From: Heterodontus francisci | Lineage: Eukaryota | Reading direction: 5' to 3' | Assembly (NCBI RefSeq): GCF_036365525.1 | Contig: NC_090373.1 | Location: 73,051,271 to 73,115,270 of the forward strand | Length of the DNA: 64,000 nucleotides | Shown here: piece after piece, positions 12,575 to 24,434 of the stretch | Position numbering within the stretch: position 1 is the first letter of the stretch | Layout: each line of letters starts with the position of its first letter | Notes under the pieces: model-generated | What the model was told of the DNA's origin: nothing | Seen by the model: the letters and a program-made list of their open reading frames with translations, nothing else | The model's database searches: none | Made by a program: the position numbers and the translations under genes

Positions 12575-13400
12575 ACAACAACTTATATTTATGTAGCGCC
12601 TTTAACATATTAAAACATCCCAAGGTGCTTTACAGGAGCATTATAAAACAAAGTATGATACCGAGCAACAAAACGAGATATTAGATCAGATAACCAAAAG
12701 CTTGGTCAAAGAGGTAGGTTTTAAAGTGTGTCTTAATGGAGTAAAATGAGGTGGAGAGGTGGAGAGCTATAGGGAGGGTATTCCACAGCTTAGGGCCTAG
12801 GCATCTAAAGACACGGCCACCAATGGGATGCTGGAGAAGCCAGAATTAGTGGAACATGGATATCTTGGAGGGGCTGGAGGAGATTACAGAGGTAATGAAG
12901 GGTGAGGCCATGGAGGGATTTGAATATAAGGATAGAATTTTAAACTTGAGATGTTGCTTCATCGGGAACCAATGTAGGTCAGTGTGCATAGGGTGGATAG
13001 GGGAACGGGACTTGGTATGAGTTAAGACATGGGTAGCAGAGTTTTGGATGACCTCAAGTTTACGGAGAGTAGATTGTGGGAGACCAGCTAGGAGTGCATT
13101 GGAATAGTCAAGTCTAGAGGTAATAAAGGCATGAATGAGGGTTTCAGCAGCAGATGAGCTGAAACGGGGTGAAGGTGGGCCATGTTACGGAGGTGGAAAT
13201 AGGCGATCTTAGTGATGGCACAAATATGAGGTCGAAAGCTCATCTCGGGGACAAACGTGACACCAAGGTTGCGGACAGACTGGCTTAATCTCAGACTGTT
13301 GCCAGGGAGAGGAATGGAGTCGGCAGCTAGGGAACAGAGTTTGGAGTGGGGACCAAAAACAATGGCTTCAGTCTTCCCAATATTTAATTGGTGGAAATAT
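12575..13400 (-). mobile_element. L2-type LINE 3' fragment
   Basis: ORF 13088..13435 QLNIGKTEAIVFG...SVRNLGVTF...AYFHLRNMA. Tail ggcgctacataaatataagttgttg on the minus strand. Confidence 0.85.
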
Positions 13401-13976
13401 TTCCAGTAACTATAATAAACACTGTGAGGTATCAAATTTCTTGTCTTTGTACTTTATCGATTAGCTGATGCAGCATGGAGAGGAAAATCCAGTTAGGAGG
13501 GTCACATGGACACAACAAAACCTGCCAAAGGTCCACCCACATAAATGAATGGACAGAAAATTGGTCAAGTCTCTGTTGCAGATAAACAATTGTCACCATC
13601 CAATTTCCATCGATTCATTGGGTGCAAGAACTCCTTTATGCTCGAGTACAATGAAAGGGAAAGCTTCCCAACTTACAATATCTGGTGCGATTTAGAGCCA
13701 GAGAATAGGCCACTGCAGTGATAACAGTTGCCACTTTCATGAATCATTGAGGTATTATCCTGAGAAAATTGTTGGTTGAAAAAGGCCAAAATACAAATTC
13801 TAGGCACATTTATTTTGAGTGCATACTTTTCTATTACTAATTGTCTTGAAATCTTTAAGATCACACTTGTCTCTTTCATAGCTCAATCAAACTGAATGAT
13901 TATGAACACACAAGAAGCAGGAATTCTAATTAAGGCCTTCTTTTACTGAGGTTCAAACTTCTTATTTTGACTTTAA

Positions 13977-14684
13977 TGGTTGGAATTTTATGAGCCCTTT
14001 TGGGACCGGAACGGAGGTGGGAGAGCCCTTCAAATTACAAGGGAAGGTGTGGTGGGAGAGGGGAGATGGGCGTGGTGCCCGTCGTCTTCCCAATGACATG
14101 GAATTGAGGCCCATTAGTAGCTACTTAAGGGCTCCTTCCCGCTGCCATTGGCATTTTACCAGTAGTGGTGGGTGCCTCCGTCACATGAGGAGGCCGCCCA
14201 GTAACTCAAGGAGGCCTCTGTGTGGGCTGGTGGGGGGTTGGGCCCTCCTCCGTGGACAATCTGTGGCCCACTGAGAGCCGGTGGCGGCAAAGGCTGCCCC
14301 TGTGCCACCAAACACCCCCCTGCCCTCAACTGCCCACCACCACACACCCCATCGACGGGGCCAGCCTGATTGGCAAACCTGCCCCCACTATCCTGCAGTC
14401 CAGGGCTCCATGGTTGCTCTTGTGTAGTGACTGTTGCATTTCCAGGAGTGGCCAACATTACCAGTGGCGCTGCTGGGACTGCTGAGCTGCTAGCCCTCTG
14501 ATTGGTCAGCAGCTTTTGGAGGTGGGATCCCTGTCCTTAAGGGAACAGGACCCTGGTGCTGGGCAATTAATTGCTCGAGCACCGTAAGATGCAGCCTCGA
14601 GTCCCCCAAACGGCTGAGGCGGGATTCCCCTCTCCTTTTTTGGCCCAGCATCGGGACCCCTGCTGCTTGCTTAAATTCCAGTTC
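13977..14684. mobile_element. Harbinger-type MITE (family of 1-494)
   Basis: Degenerate TIRs tggttggaatttta / taaattccagttc; internal similarity to 1-494. Confidence 0.7.
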
Positions 14685-14694
14685 AGTGTGGTTT

Positions 14695-15410
14695 AGGAAC
14701 ATAGGAACAGGAGTAGGACATTCAATTTCCTGAGCCCTTTCCGTCATCAAATGAAACCATGACTGGTGTGTATCCTAACTCCATTCACCCACTTAGTTCC
14801 ATATCCCATAATACCTTGGTTAGTAAAAGTCTATCAATCTCAGATTCACAATTATTAATTGAGCTAGCATTGACTGCTTTTTGTGGGAGAGAGTTCCAAA
14901 CTTCTCTCACCCTTTGCATGATTTAGTGTTTCCTAACTATTCTCCTGAATGACCTGGTTCTGATTTTAAGGATGTGTCCCCTGGTCCTTAACTCCCCTAG
15001 AGGCATAAAACATTTCTCTTTATCTACCCTATAAATGCTTCTCAAAATCCTAAAAGCCCTGATCAAATCACCCCTTAATCTCCTCATTCCAAGGAATACA
15101 AGCCTAGTTTATGTAATCTCTCCAATTTATCTAAATCTTGGAGCCCTGGTAACATTCCAATGACTCTGCACTGCACTCCTTCCAATTCCAATGTATCAGT
15201 TCTAAGGGCCAGTGCCCAGAACTATACACAGTATTCCAGATGTGGTCTAACCGAGGCTTTGTATAGCTGCAGCAAAACTTTAAATCTAACCTTCTAGTTA
15301 TAAAGGTTAACATTCTATTTTCTTTTTTGATTATTATTTGTAACAGACTACTACATTTTAGTGATTTGTGTATATGGACACCGAAAACTCTTTGGACCGC
15401 CACTATTTTC
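14695..15410 (-). mobile_element. Old CR1 3' fragment
   Basis: Tail repeat taggaacataggaac; frameshifted CR1 ORF2 C-terminal motifs. Confidence 0.8.
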
Positions 15411-17140
15411 TTGCTTATGTTAACTTTCTTGAATTCAGTCCTTGATTCATTATTAGTTTCCTTGGAATGTCAGGTATTTTCTCCTCTTCCTCTGCTGTGA
15501 AGACACAGTAATTATCCAAGAAGACTGTCATTCTCTAAATTTCATTTTCAATATTACCTGCATCTGTTTTTAAAGTCTCACATTGCCCTAGACTATCTTT
15601 TTTCCCTCTAAAATAATTGTAAAAACTTTTTGTGTTAATCTTAATATCCCTCACAAGTATTCATACAGTATCAGAAACATTTTGTGAAAGTGGTATAATA
15701 AAGTGGTAGCACAACATCCATCTCTTGTGATGAGATTTTACAGTGCTTTTAATTAGCTACTTTCAGATGAAGTATCAATGACTGCTGTCTGTCTGTGTAC
15801 CTTGGGTATTTCAGTGCTGAATTTTAGTTCCAATTTTTATATGTCTTTAGTCTCAACAACTTGAAAATGTAATATTCTATGAATTTGAAATGTTAGAAAT
15901 TAAACCAAGGAACTGTAGCAATGCAAAACAGTCCTATGTTCACAAAAATTTTCAAAACTGAGAATTTGTCAGTTTTTTCTGCATTTGGGATTTGGATGCT
16001 CTTATATCCTCAGATAATTAACTTGCCATGCTTGTTTCTTTTTCCCATGCACCAAGCTTTCTGACAGACTTTACTGTGAGTCTATAAAATAGCATGCAAT
16101 GAAATGTATATTTTTAGTGGTCCCACGACAGATTTCTCCCTCATATTCCTGAGCTCATTAAACATGCCAAATTACAATGCAGTTACAATAAAACTGCTGC
16201 TGCCATAATGCATCTATAAATTCCTTTGTTGTATTCCACTCCTCCATGTGTCAGTTGGAGGGTTACTGTTCCCACTTCAGCAATGAAATGTGAAATAGCA
16301 TTTGACTGTAGCACACTTGCTGTCGTAAAAAACATTTCAGAATAACATAAATCAAGTAACAATAAAAAGGTAGATTGTCAGCAGAAATGCTACAATGAAA
16401 ATGTGGCTGTGTTAACCTCAGGGCAGCTGCAATCTTTATCGACTTTGAGTAAGCTCCTAACAGTTAACACTTCATTTTATTTTGCCGCTATAAAAATGTT
16501 CTTAATGTTGAACAAAGCTGTAACATATCAACTATGTAAAAACAGCTGCTTAAGTAACAGTGTGATACCAATGCAGCAAATAATTAGCATGTATTTAATA
16601 AAATGTTGAATCACTATAATAATGAATTAGTAATGGACCAGTGAAGCTTTGAATACAGAAGTATAACTATTTCATAAAGGTTTTATAATGTTGTGTAATA
16701 TGTTATTAATTTTTATTCTAGGGGAATTAGTGATAATTTCACAGACCAAATAAATGAATGTAGAAAACAATAATTCAAAACAGTATGGGAGACTTGGGTT
16801 TAAACACCTGGGGCTGAATTTTACTGGCCCCTCGATGCCACGGGTCGCGGCACAGGGGCGGTTAAAATGCTGCAGGGAGAGGCCTGCCTCGACCCGCAAT
16901 GTCAAGAAGGGCCAGCTGCATATTACTCGTGGTGGCGGGCCCTTGGTGCGCCCCCACCCCCCCACCTCCGCAGATGGCAAACGGTACTTACCTTTGCTGA
17001 TTATGCAGCCCGCCGCACTTCCATTGACACTTCCGGATTTTTTACTGAATGGGCGGCCGTCATGTGCCATCCAGTTCACGATTTGAAAAACCGGCGGATC
17101 CTCAAAGGCAGATGTTGTCGCCAGCGAAGGTAAGTTCTGT

Positions 17141-17318
17141 TATTCAGGGGTCTCACTCTGCGTTACAGAAAGGAGGGGGGGTGCGATATGCAGGGGTCTA
17201 ACTCTGCATTCTGAAAGGGAGGAGGGAGGAGGGGATTTTCAGGGGTCTAACTCTGCATCCTTAAAGGGAGGAGGGAGGGGCGATATTCAGGGGTCTCACT
17301 CTGCATTACCGAAGGGAG
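17141..17318 (+). repeat. Four imperfect ~47-bp tandem repeats inside the Harbinger
   Basis: Unit core tattcaggggtctcactctgcatt...aagggag at about 17141, 17187, 17236 and 17284. Confidence 0.85.
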
Positions 17319-17654
17319 CTACTGCAATTCCATCCTCCATAATGGTTGGCAGCTCTGTGCCATTGACTGCCTCTGTCATTGAAGGAGCCATGGCACTCGA
17401 GTCACCCTGTATGTGGAGAGATTACCAAAAACGGTAGGCATGTGAAGTTTATGTCTTGTGGGTCAATCCGTGCAATATGTTCAATCTTTATGTGGTCATG
17501 AGGTGCCACTCTTAGTGGGAGCTCAGACGGGCAATGTTATGCAAAACCGCACAGCTGCTGTATGAAAGCACCCGATGTTCCACTCAACATCATTCTCTGC
17601 CCTGTCAGGAACCTTCGAAGCATTGAAGGAACCGAGTTGAATTGTAACTTGAAG

Positions 17655-18815
17655 ATGGGGATGGTTCACCCTGTGTTCATTGATGCACTCGTTGAGAGGA
17701 TCCATATGCGCCACAGACAAAACCAACAGTTGCACCACACATAGAGGCCCCCAGTCGTGAGCAGCAGCACCCAAGGAGAGCTCTCCACATCGCTGCGCAT
17801 CTACAGGTCCTACATGATATACCCGCAGATGTCAGAGTGCCTGTGTTAGATGCGACTGCGGATGTCGAGAGAGGCGGTGACATACCTCTGTGCCCTGTTG
17901 AATGATGACCTGGAGCCCAGGGGCTTTGGGTGACATCCTATGCCTGTGGCCCTCAAAGTGACAGCGCTCTTAATTTTTACACCTCTGCATCATTTCAGGG
18001 GCCCACCGGAGACCTTTGTGGGGTCACATCGTCAGCAGTGCACCGCTGCATCTGGAAGATCAGCGATGCCCAATTCCAGAGGGCTATATTCACTTCACGA
18101 CGGACCCTGAAAGACAAGCCCAGATGACTAACGGTTTCGGCTCTATCACGGGATTCCCACAGGCGCAAGGGGTCATGGACTGCACCCATGTGGCCATCAA
18201 GACTCCAGCCGGGTGAACAGCTGAATATGTAAACCATAAGGGCTTCCACTCAATCAATGTGCAGCTCGTATATGATCACCGTAAGTGATTCATACAAATC
18301 TGTGCCCACTTTCCAGGCAGCTGCCATAACGCACTCATCCTGCACCAGTTGCAGTTGCTGTTCACTGAAATGGCTCAGATGGAGGGGTGGCTTATTGGAG
18401 ACCAGGGCTATCCCTTGCAGACATGGCTCCTGACACCAGTGAGACACCCCAGCACTGCTGCAGAAGAGAGATACAATGTCAGTCATGGAGCTACAACAGC
18501 CACCATTGAGCAAGTGATCGGCATGCTTAAAATGTGATTCTGCTGCCTGGATAGATCGGATGCCCTGCAGTACTGGCTGGAAAGGGTAGCTTGCTGTTTC
18601 TGTACTCTGCACAACTGCACAGTCAATAGGGGGGAGGCCTTGCAGGATGAGGAGAGACATGAGCAGGACTCATCCTCGGACAATGAGGACGCTGAGGTCT
18701 TGCAGCAGGGAAGGCACATGGAAGGACAGAGACCATCCAGGCACCGCATGCAGGGTGAGCAGCAAGTTAGGGATGCACAGCAGCGCCTCATTGCTCAAAG
18801 GTTCTCCACGCCATA
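17655..18815 (+). pseudogene. Harbinger/PIF DDE transposase pseudogene (HARBI1-like)
   Basis: GFPQAQGVMDCTHVAIK, NHKGFHSINVQLV, FPGSCHNA, WLIGDQGYPLQTWLLTP, TIEQVIGMLK. Multiple stops. Confidence 0.92.
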
Positions 18816-19319
18816 GGAATCACTTTGGGCTCTGCATGTCATACAGCACCCTCATTCACCTTTTGTGCAGCAGTGCGCATCTGCAACATCTTTGCTTCCA
18901 CCATTACTGGCAGCAGAATACTGAGCCATTGTCCATATTTCTGCATCCTTAGAGACGCACATGAGTGATACTGGCATGGCAATGATGTTATTCCATACAT
19001 TGGCAATTCCGGAAGGCCAATGATGTAATGGAGGAGCCACGATCAGTACATGCTGGCACACTTCATTCACACAGTAAAAGCGCTGTAATGTTAGCGAAGA
19101 CGAATTTGTTTCTGGCCTTTCTAGGCTGTTGCGTCACCCATACAGACCCATCTGTGTCTGGACGCTTGTTGGAAATGCTTGCAGATTCTCCTACGCGGTG
19201 CCACTTCTGCTCTAGCAGCCTGGCTGTAGGAAGGCTGCTGCTATGATAGCCCTTTGGTTATGGATGACTTTGGTGGTTGTACTCTGTGCGCATGAAGCTG
19301 AGAGGGCCCCGGATAACTG

Positions 19320-19550
19320 GGAGAGTGATCGCTCATCCCCTTCCAGCATTGGACCCTTTAACACCGGATGGTCCCACACCTACTCACCTTCTATGCCACT
19401 TCCAGCCAGACAGCCTTGTTCAGACAGGAGGGCTTCTTCTTACCATTGCTGGTGAAAAGGGCCTCCTGCTTTGCCAGCAAAGCCTGGAGGAGAGTGAGGA
19501 AGGAGGCTTCACTACGTTGTGGGGCCACCCTAGAGCACCCCTCTGCCATC
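19320..19550 (-). pseudogene. Harbinger Myb/SANT-like DNA-binding protein remnant
   Basis: RVAPQRSEASFLTLLQALLAKQEALF...KAVWLEVA*...VQCWKG; aligns by eye with 41000-41250 and 50050-50260. Confidence 0.8.
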
Positions 19551-20131
19551 CTTGGCTTTTGGTGTGGTCCTTTAAATGCAAGGATGACTTCACCGTGTAA
19601 CAGCTTTAATGTCTGGCTGCAAGGTTTGTCTTGCACATGTTTGAAAATCAATGCATGACTAGTGAGGAAATCTGTGATTCTGTCATGGTTTTTCAATAAT
19701 TACACATCGACACATGATCACGAACACTTTGCTTCTGCAGCAGCTGATCATATTTATTTGTGTAATATTTCTTGTTGGCAATGAGGCTAGAATATGAACA
19801 TATTTTCCTGTTCGTTCAACAAAGATGGTATAATTGCAGTTACATGTATTTTCACATAAGTTAGCAGAGAAATGAATACAGATTCAACATGCATATTAGT
19901 CTGTGCCTTTTCACAGTCGGATGATTGGATGCTCATAGTAGGTAATTATTCTTCAATTATGGTTTTATTTCTGTTGTGTATTTGCCTCGTATGGTATATT
20001 TAAGTCTCACGTCATGGAATGTGCAAAATTAAGGTTATTCATCCAAGTGCGGCACGCCTACAAGAAGGAATGTTACACTTGAGTGGAAGAACTTCACAGG
20101 ACACTGGGACACAGCAGGGTAAGTATGTGAC

Positions 20132-20295
20132 AGCAAAGCAGAAAGTGCTGGGGTAACTCAGCAGGTCAGGCACCATCTGTGGAGAGAGAAGCAGAGTTAA
20201 CTTTCAGGTCTGTAAACTAGGTCAAGTTAACTCTGCTTCTCTCTTCACAGATGCTGCCTGACCTGCTGGATTTCTGCAGCACTTTCTGCTTTGCT
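20132..20295. repeat. Palindromic Penelope-type terminal repeat, hammerhead core deleted
   Basis: agcaaagcagaaagtgctg...gcagagttaact versus agttaactctgc...cagcactttctgctttgct; arms about 70 bp. Confidence 0.85.
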
Positions 20296-21085
20296 GCCAG
20301 ATTGACAGCAGCCCCACTCTTCAACGGTCAGGTAAGTATTTCTTTGACAGCTGTCAGGAAGCAGGTGCTGAGGCGCTTTAAATAGGGCCCCAGCACCTGC
20401 TGCACAACTCTCAAAAACTCTCTCGCTGCACTGTATGTCCCGCCTCACCCCATGTAATATGGGGGGGGTGGGGGGGAGGGGGAGGGGGACGGCGTGCGAC
20501 CTCTATGGAAATGAGGGGCTCGGCGGCGGAGAGGTGCAGAGATGATGGGAGGAAGGAAAACATCAAGGAAGTGCTTATCTTTGATGCCTTAGGTCAAGCT
20601 GAAGAATGTCTTCTTCATGATAATCTTTGCTCACTGATTATCCAAATCAACATCGAAGCAAGATGTGGAAGGAGAGAAAGTACATGCATGTTTATTCAGT
20701 AAAACAACCGAGACGATGTCATTATAGAATGTAAAATAATATTGTGAGCTTGGCACAGCCTCAAACCCTGCCAGAGGTGTGGTGGTACAGGACTTCCACC
20801 TGCTCAACAACACTACTCTGCCAAAACCATCCATTGCCAGTCTTCGATCTCCTCTACCAAAACCATCCACTACGCTGAGGGTATCCTCCAGAGCAAGCTC
20901 TTTTTATGCTCTGTCCTTGCTGCTACCTTCCCTTTCCCTAGCCCACCAAACTAAACTTTCCTTAAGGTTCCCCTATATCCTAGTGCTGAACTTGCGACTT
21001 TCTCTAGTTTCTCTCCCATCTCCTCTCATGCCCTCTCTAAGGTCATCTTATCCATGAGACACACCTCCTGTTCCCTCTACCCTAT

Positions 21086-21294
21086 TAGAGATCATAGAGA
21101 TCATAGAGAGATACAACACTGAAACAAGCCCTTCGGCCCACTGAGTCTGTGCTGACCAACAACCACCCATTTATACTAATCCTACATTAATTCCATATTC
21201 CCTACCACATCCCCATCTTCCCTCAATTCTCCTACCACCTACCTACACTAGGGGCAATTTACAATGGCCAATTTACCTATCAACCTGCAAGTCT
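21086..21294 (-). mobile_element. 5'-truncated HE1-type SINE
   Basis: Closely similar to 5800-5990; tail repeats tagagatca. Confidence 0.85.
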
Positions 21295-22178
21295 TCCTAC
21301 CAAACTTCCCTTCCTGGCCTGCATTTTAGCTAATATTGTTAATGGTTTCCTCACTTCAAGAACTGTTCCCCTCCCCTTCAAATCTACCATGATCACACCC
21401 CTCCATAAATAAACACCCTTGATCCCTCTGTCCTTGCAAACTACTGCTCCATCTACAACCTTCCTTTCCTCTCCTTGAACAAAGTCCTTGAATATGCTGT
21501 TGCCTCCCAAATCATGCCCATCTTGCCCGCAACTCCAGTTTGAAACCATCCAATCTGGTTTTAGTGCCACAGCACTGAAAGAGCCCTTATCAAAGTTACC
21601 AATGACATCCTATGTGACTTGACTATGTCCTTCCGAATCCTTCTCAGCCTGTCTGCAGCTTTTGACACAGTTGACCACACAATCTTTCTCCAATGCCTCG
21701 CCACCATTGTCCAGTTGGATAGGACTGCCCTCGCTTGGTTCCATTCTTATCACCTGCAACGGCTTCTCTTTCTGCTCCCATACTATTAACTCCAAGGATC
21801 TATACTTGGCCCCTATTGTTTCTCACCCACCTGCTGCTTCTCGGCAATATCATCCAGAAAACATCTCCTTTCACATGCACACTGATGACGTCCAGCTGTA
21901 TCTCACCACCACCACTTTCAACTCCTTCACTTTCTCTGATTTGTAATGCTGCTTGTCTGACATCCAGTCCTGGAAAGGCAGAAATGTTTTCCAACTAAAT
22001 TTTGGGAAGACCGCAGTCATTGTCTTCGATCCTCGTCACAAACCCCATTCCCTAGCAGCTGACTCCATCTCTCTCGCTGGTAACTAGCTGAGGCTGAACC
22101 AGACTGTTCACAACCTTGATATCCTATTGGACACTGAGATGAGCTTCCAACCACATAACTGTTCCATCATCAAGACCA

Positions 22179-22784
22179 AGGCCAGAAATTTTACGCCGCC
22201 CCAGCGGGTCGGATGGTGGTGTGGGGGTGGCGTAAAATTGGGTGGTAGGCAGCGGGAGGCCGACCCGCCCCGATTCCACCTTCGGACAAGTTTACGGATG
22301 TCAGGCAGGGGTCGGGGGGTGGGAAACGGCCCGCCCGCCTGAGGCCAATCAAGACCCTTAAGATGCCACTTAACGGCCACTTAAGGGCCCTCGCCTGCCT
22401 CCGTGGGTATTTACCCATGGCAACCGGAGGGGCGGGGCATAGCAGTCAGGTACAAGGTGCCCGATTGAGGGCCGCCCCTGCCTCCCAACCCACCCCTGGG
22501 ACCCAAGACCCCCCCTCCCCCCAAAGGACCACTCCAGCCTCACCAGGGAAGGACCGATCCCCTGGTGAGGCATGCCCCTACTTACCCCCTCCTGAATCCA
22601 TTACGTCGGCTTGGCTGCAATCCCAGCAGTGAACTGCAAGTGGATAGAAGTCCCGCCTCGGGACACTTAAAGGCTGGGGATCCGTAAAATACGTGATGGA
22701 TCCCCAGGCTGGGTGGAAGCGGGTTCGCCACCGACTTTCACATCGGAGTCCGGCTCCCGTCCTTCCACCGTAAAATTCCGGCCC
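22179..22784. mobile_element. Harbinger-type MITE inserted in L2
   Basis: TIRs aggccagaaattttac / gtaaaattccggccc. The L2 sequence aagacc|acctacttccac resumes across it. CpG-rich. TSD ambiguous. Confidence 0.85.
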
Positions 22785-23904
22785 ACCTACTTCCACCTCA
22801 GTAACATTGCCCTTCTCTGCCCCGTCTTAGCTCATCTGCTGCTGTAACTCTTATCCATGCCATTGTTATCTCTAGATTTAATGCTCTCCTGGCAAACCTC
22901 CCATCTTCCGCCCTCCATAAATTTGACCTCATCCAAAACTCTGCTGCCCATATCCTAAGTCACAGCAAGACCCATTCACCCATCACCCCTTTGCTCACTG
23001 ACCGACATTGGCTCCCGGTCCAATAACCCCATGATTTAAAAATTTTCAATAATGTTGTCAGACCACTCCATAATCTCACCAACCCCCCATCTCTTTAACC
23101 TACTCCAGCCTCACAAGCCTCAGAGATCTCTGCACTCCTTTAATTCTCACCTCTTATGTCTCCCCAATTTTAATCACACCAGTATTGGTGGTGATGCTAT
23201 TAATTGTCTGTATCCTAGGCAATTATCTCTGTCTCTCAATCTTTCTCTCATCCTTTAACACATTCATTAAAACCTAACTCTTCACTAAGTTTTTGGTTAG
23301 CTATTCTAATGACTCCTTATGTGGCTCAAGGCAAAATTTTCTTTGATAATGCACTTGCGAAAAGTGGGACCATTTACTACATTAAAACCACTATATAAAT
23401 GCAAGTTGTTGATGTTTCTCAACTACCAACTACATCCTTAAACCCCCCCTACCCTTCCCCCTCCACCTTCACCTCAAACAGCAAGTGCGAAGAGCAGATA
23501 CATTTCTTCATCATCATCAAGATAGAGACCATCATTCAGATGCCCCTGAACTTCTCTTCTCTTTGCCTATAATCAAGACAAATCTTCCCCATCCCACACC
23601 TACCCTAACCCTGGAATCCCCGTCCCCATCACCCCCTAATCCTCTCTCCACATTCATCTCGTTCATGGGACCCATCTTCTGCTCCCTCAACGTCACCCCA
23701 TTAAACTCATGCCTACTCAACTTTTGTTTACGGCCCCATGTTTTCTGGCATTTTAACTTGTTCTATCTCCTTGGTATTATTCTGTCTTTTAAAACAGTTG
23801 TTATCACCCCACTCCTCCAAAAGTCAACTCCCAATCCTTCTATTCTAGCTAACTGCCACCCCATTTCCAACCCCACTTTCCTTTCCAAGTTGCTTTAATA
23901 TGTT

Positions 23905-24129
23905 ATAAAAACAGAAAGTGCTGGAAATACTCAGCAGGTCTGGCAGCATCTGTGGAGAGAGAAGCAGAGTTAACGTTTCAGGTCTGTGACCTTTCATCAG
24001 AAGGGTCTTGAAACATTAACTCTGCTTCTCTCTCCACAGATGCTGCCAGACCTGCTGAGTATTTCCAGCACTTTCTGTTTTTATTTCAGAGTTACAGCAT
24101 TTGCAGAATTTTGCTTTTATTTGCTTTAT
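23905..24129. mobile_element. Palindromic Penelope-type element with a hammerhead motif at the centre
   Basis: Near-perfect ~75-bp inverted arms spanning 23905-24084. 6-bp TSD tatgtt at 23899-23904 and 24130-24135. Confidence 0.8.
23968..24002 (-). ncRNA. Minimal hammerhead ribozyme motif, helix I 5' strand truncated
   Basis: Minus strand UU-CUGAUGA-A-AGGUC-ACA-GACCU-GAAAC-GUU-AACU. Confidence 0.6.
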
Positions 24130-24434
24130 TATGTTGTTAGCTCCCACCTCCGTACCCCATTTCACATAAGTATCCCCTTCACTCAAGTATCCAAACTCCC
24201 ATAGCACTAAAAATATCTTAGAGCCATGAATGGCATTCTCTGACTGTGACTGTGGTGTATTATTCCCTCAACCTCTGAAGTCTTTGTGGCAAATCACACT
24301 ATCTTCCTCCAACATCTGAAGTTCATTGTCCAGTTCAGGTGCACTGCCCACATTTGCTTCATTTCTAACCTATACAATTGTAGCCAGACTATCTCCAGCA
24401 ATGACGTCTCTGCCTATCCCTGTATTATCACCTG

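Larger units (their letters stand above)
16811..19650 (+). mobile_element. Decayed autonomous-type PIF/Harbinger transposon; right end not identified, related sequence may extend to ~20530
   Basis: Left TIR gggctgaattttac preceded by aaacacCTG. Convergent DDE transposase (+) and Myb/SANT (-) remnants. Confidence 0.85.
20880..23412 (+). mobile_element. Decayed L2-type LINE with nested SINE and MITE
   Basis: LSAAFDTVDH, HTDDVQLY and QLNFGKT motifs; 3' end ctatataaatgcaagttgttg. Confidence 0.85.

Noticed and set aside
17141-17318. Repeat-spacer-like pattern suggesting a CRISPR array
   Set aside because: The intervening sequences are similar G/A-rich variants rather than unique spacers, there are no cas genes, and the context is a eukaryotic transposon.
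17655-18815. Domesticated HARBI1 gene
   Set aside because: Multiple stops and frameshifts, with a TIR and Myb partner present, so it is a dead transposon copy.
19917-20118. Exon-like segment (ttttcacag ... g|gtaagt) encoding a hydrophobic stretch
   Set aside because: In-frame TAA right after the hydrophobic stretch, no recognisable homolog, and it lies among transposon fragments.
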